This document shows positions 62,699 through 64,000 of a stretch of 64,000 bases of DNA, one piece after another. A model generated the notes under the pieces. It was not told the origin of the DNA. It saw only the letters and a program-made list of their open reading frames with translations, and did no database searches. The position numbers and the translations under genes are program-made. The DNA is from Phyllosticta citribraziliensis (taxonomy: Eukaryota). The DNA lies in the NCBI RefSeq assembly GCF_038025025.1, contig NW_027117343.1, forward strand, positions 1,426,001 through 1,490,000, in the 5' to 3' direction. Every line of letters begins with the position of its first letter. The first letter of the stretch is position 1.

Positions 62699-62824
62699 GG
62701 GTCTGTGGTCTAGGGGTATGACACTCCCTTAGCAACATCCAAAACTGCTCTAGATCGTCTAGAATAGTCTCTGATAGCGCTCCTCGAATGGGAGAGGTCC
62801 CGGGTTCAATTCCCGGCGGATCCA
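62699..62824 (+). tRNA. tRNA-Ala(AGC) with 54-nt intron (62735-62788)
   Basis: Acceptor stem GGGTCTG/CGGATCC with G3:U70; anticodon arm CTCCC-TTAGCA|T-GGGAG; T arm CCGGG-TTCAATT-CCCGG; discriminator A. Confidence 0.95.
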
Positions 62825-63722
62825 TCACTATCTCCTTCATCTAGGTGATGGGAAGCGTGGTGTTGAGGTTGTGGTGAAGATTTTTTTGCATTTTCGGTGC
62901 GAGGGGGTGGAGACGGGAAAGGGACCGAACGGGGACCGTGCACGGGCCGCCTGGGCGTGGGAGCGCGCTTCTTTTTGCGAGAAGCGAGTACGGACGAGCT
63001 GGCACTGCTGCGGGAAGTGCATGACCAGAATAATGGGGGTTATGAGCGTGTGGTAAGGTGTTGGGATAGGGGTTGGCGGAGGAATCGGGCGGATGGGTTT
63101 TTGTGCGTGGGAAACTGCGTCTTTTGTCCCATGGGCATACCGTTCGCTCTTGCCACTTGAGTACACCCCTTCTCAGCATCCAGAAGTGCTTTGCGCGTCG
63201 ACTGCATCGTCAGGGGTTGTTATCGCCAGGGGGGAGCAGAGACGTCGTGCGACGCGCGGCGGGAATGTCCTGGCCGGCTGCACTGTGCGAACGCGCACCA
63301 ACGCCGGCCATCAGAAGCCCCGCCGGGCCCGCAAAAATCTCAGCGCGCCTCGGTCTTCCCGCTCCGCGCGCGCATCAACAACCCACTCTCTTTCAACAAC
63401 AGAACAACCAAACTCGTCTGTTTGAGCTCGAACACCCTGCAATTGCGCTTGACCGCCTCGATTGCTTCATTTCACAGCTGTGCGCGTCGATTGGAATCGC
63501 CCAGCTCAGTCAAGGAGCATTCATCTCTATCGACAGTCGCCAGCCGCCTTGATTCATCGACGCCGGGCGTGAGTGCAAGCGACTCAAAGAGCAGGATCGA
63601 ATATCCGGAGGAATTAGCAGAAAGGGAAATTTCGACACTAGAACAAAGAGCTAAAGTACATCAAACGCACCATTGCACCGTCCGATTCCTGGCCCGCAAA
63701 CGGACCATACCATCTCACCACC

Positions 63723-64000
63723 ATGCCGACACCGCCCTCCCCCTCTCACCCTCTCATCCTGGACGGCGGGCTCGCCACAACGCTGGAAGCGCCACCCTTC
63801 TCACTTCCATTGCAAACGCGCCTCTGGAGCGCCGCTGCCCTGCTCACGGCGCCCAAAACCGTCCGCGCCGCGCACGCCGCCTTCTTCCAGCACGGCGCGC
63901 AGGTTGGCACGACGGCAAGCTACCAAGCCAGCGCGGCGGGCCTGCAGCAAGAAGGCTACGGCTGCAGTCTCCGCGATGTGGTCAGCGCCAGCGTCGGTGC
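63723..64000 (+). CDS. Homocysteine S-methyltransferase (Sam4/Mht1-like), 5' part, runs off the window
   Basis: LILDGGLATTLE, LWSAAAL, VRAAHAAFFQHGAQVGTTASYQAS. Confidence 0.88.
   Translation, partial: MPTPPSPSHPLILDGGLATTLEAPPFSLPLQTRLWSAAALLTAPKTVRAAHAAFFQHGAQVGTTASYQASAAGLQQEGYGCSLRDVVSASVG

Overview
Gene-dense, intron-rich, GC-rich DNA from a filamentous ascomycete (Pezizomycotina). The centre is a MAT1-1 mating-type locus: alpha-box MAT1-1-1 plus a divergent 5-exon accessory gene. The surrounding order is RPL21/RPS9 - NVJ2-like PH/SMP gene - MAT - APN2 - COX13 - APC5 - CIA30 - RIM2 - ADE1. I found no SLA2 and no MAT1-2 HMG gene in the window. The strongest non-coding element is a complete TPP riboswitch with a very long P3 arm in a 713-nt intron of an SSS/DUR31-type transporter. 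It has a long-range pairing partner near the 5' splice site and a stack of alternative donors carrying an exact 10-nt copy of the aptamer's 3' strand. Also present: a Rim4/Msa1-like RRM gene with a 38-bp tandem repeat downstream, five GC-AG introns, Rho3 micro-exons, a zinc-knuckle/Q-S-Y-repeat orphan, a cluster of orphan genes, an intron-containing tRNA-Ala(AGC) and a truncated homocysteine S-methyltransferase. Gene models were spliced by eye and family names come from motif recognition, not database searches.
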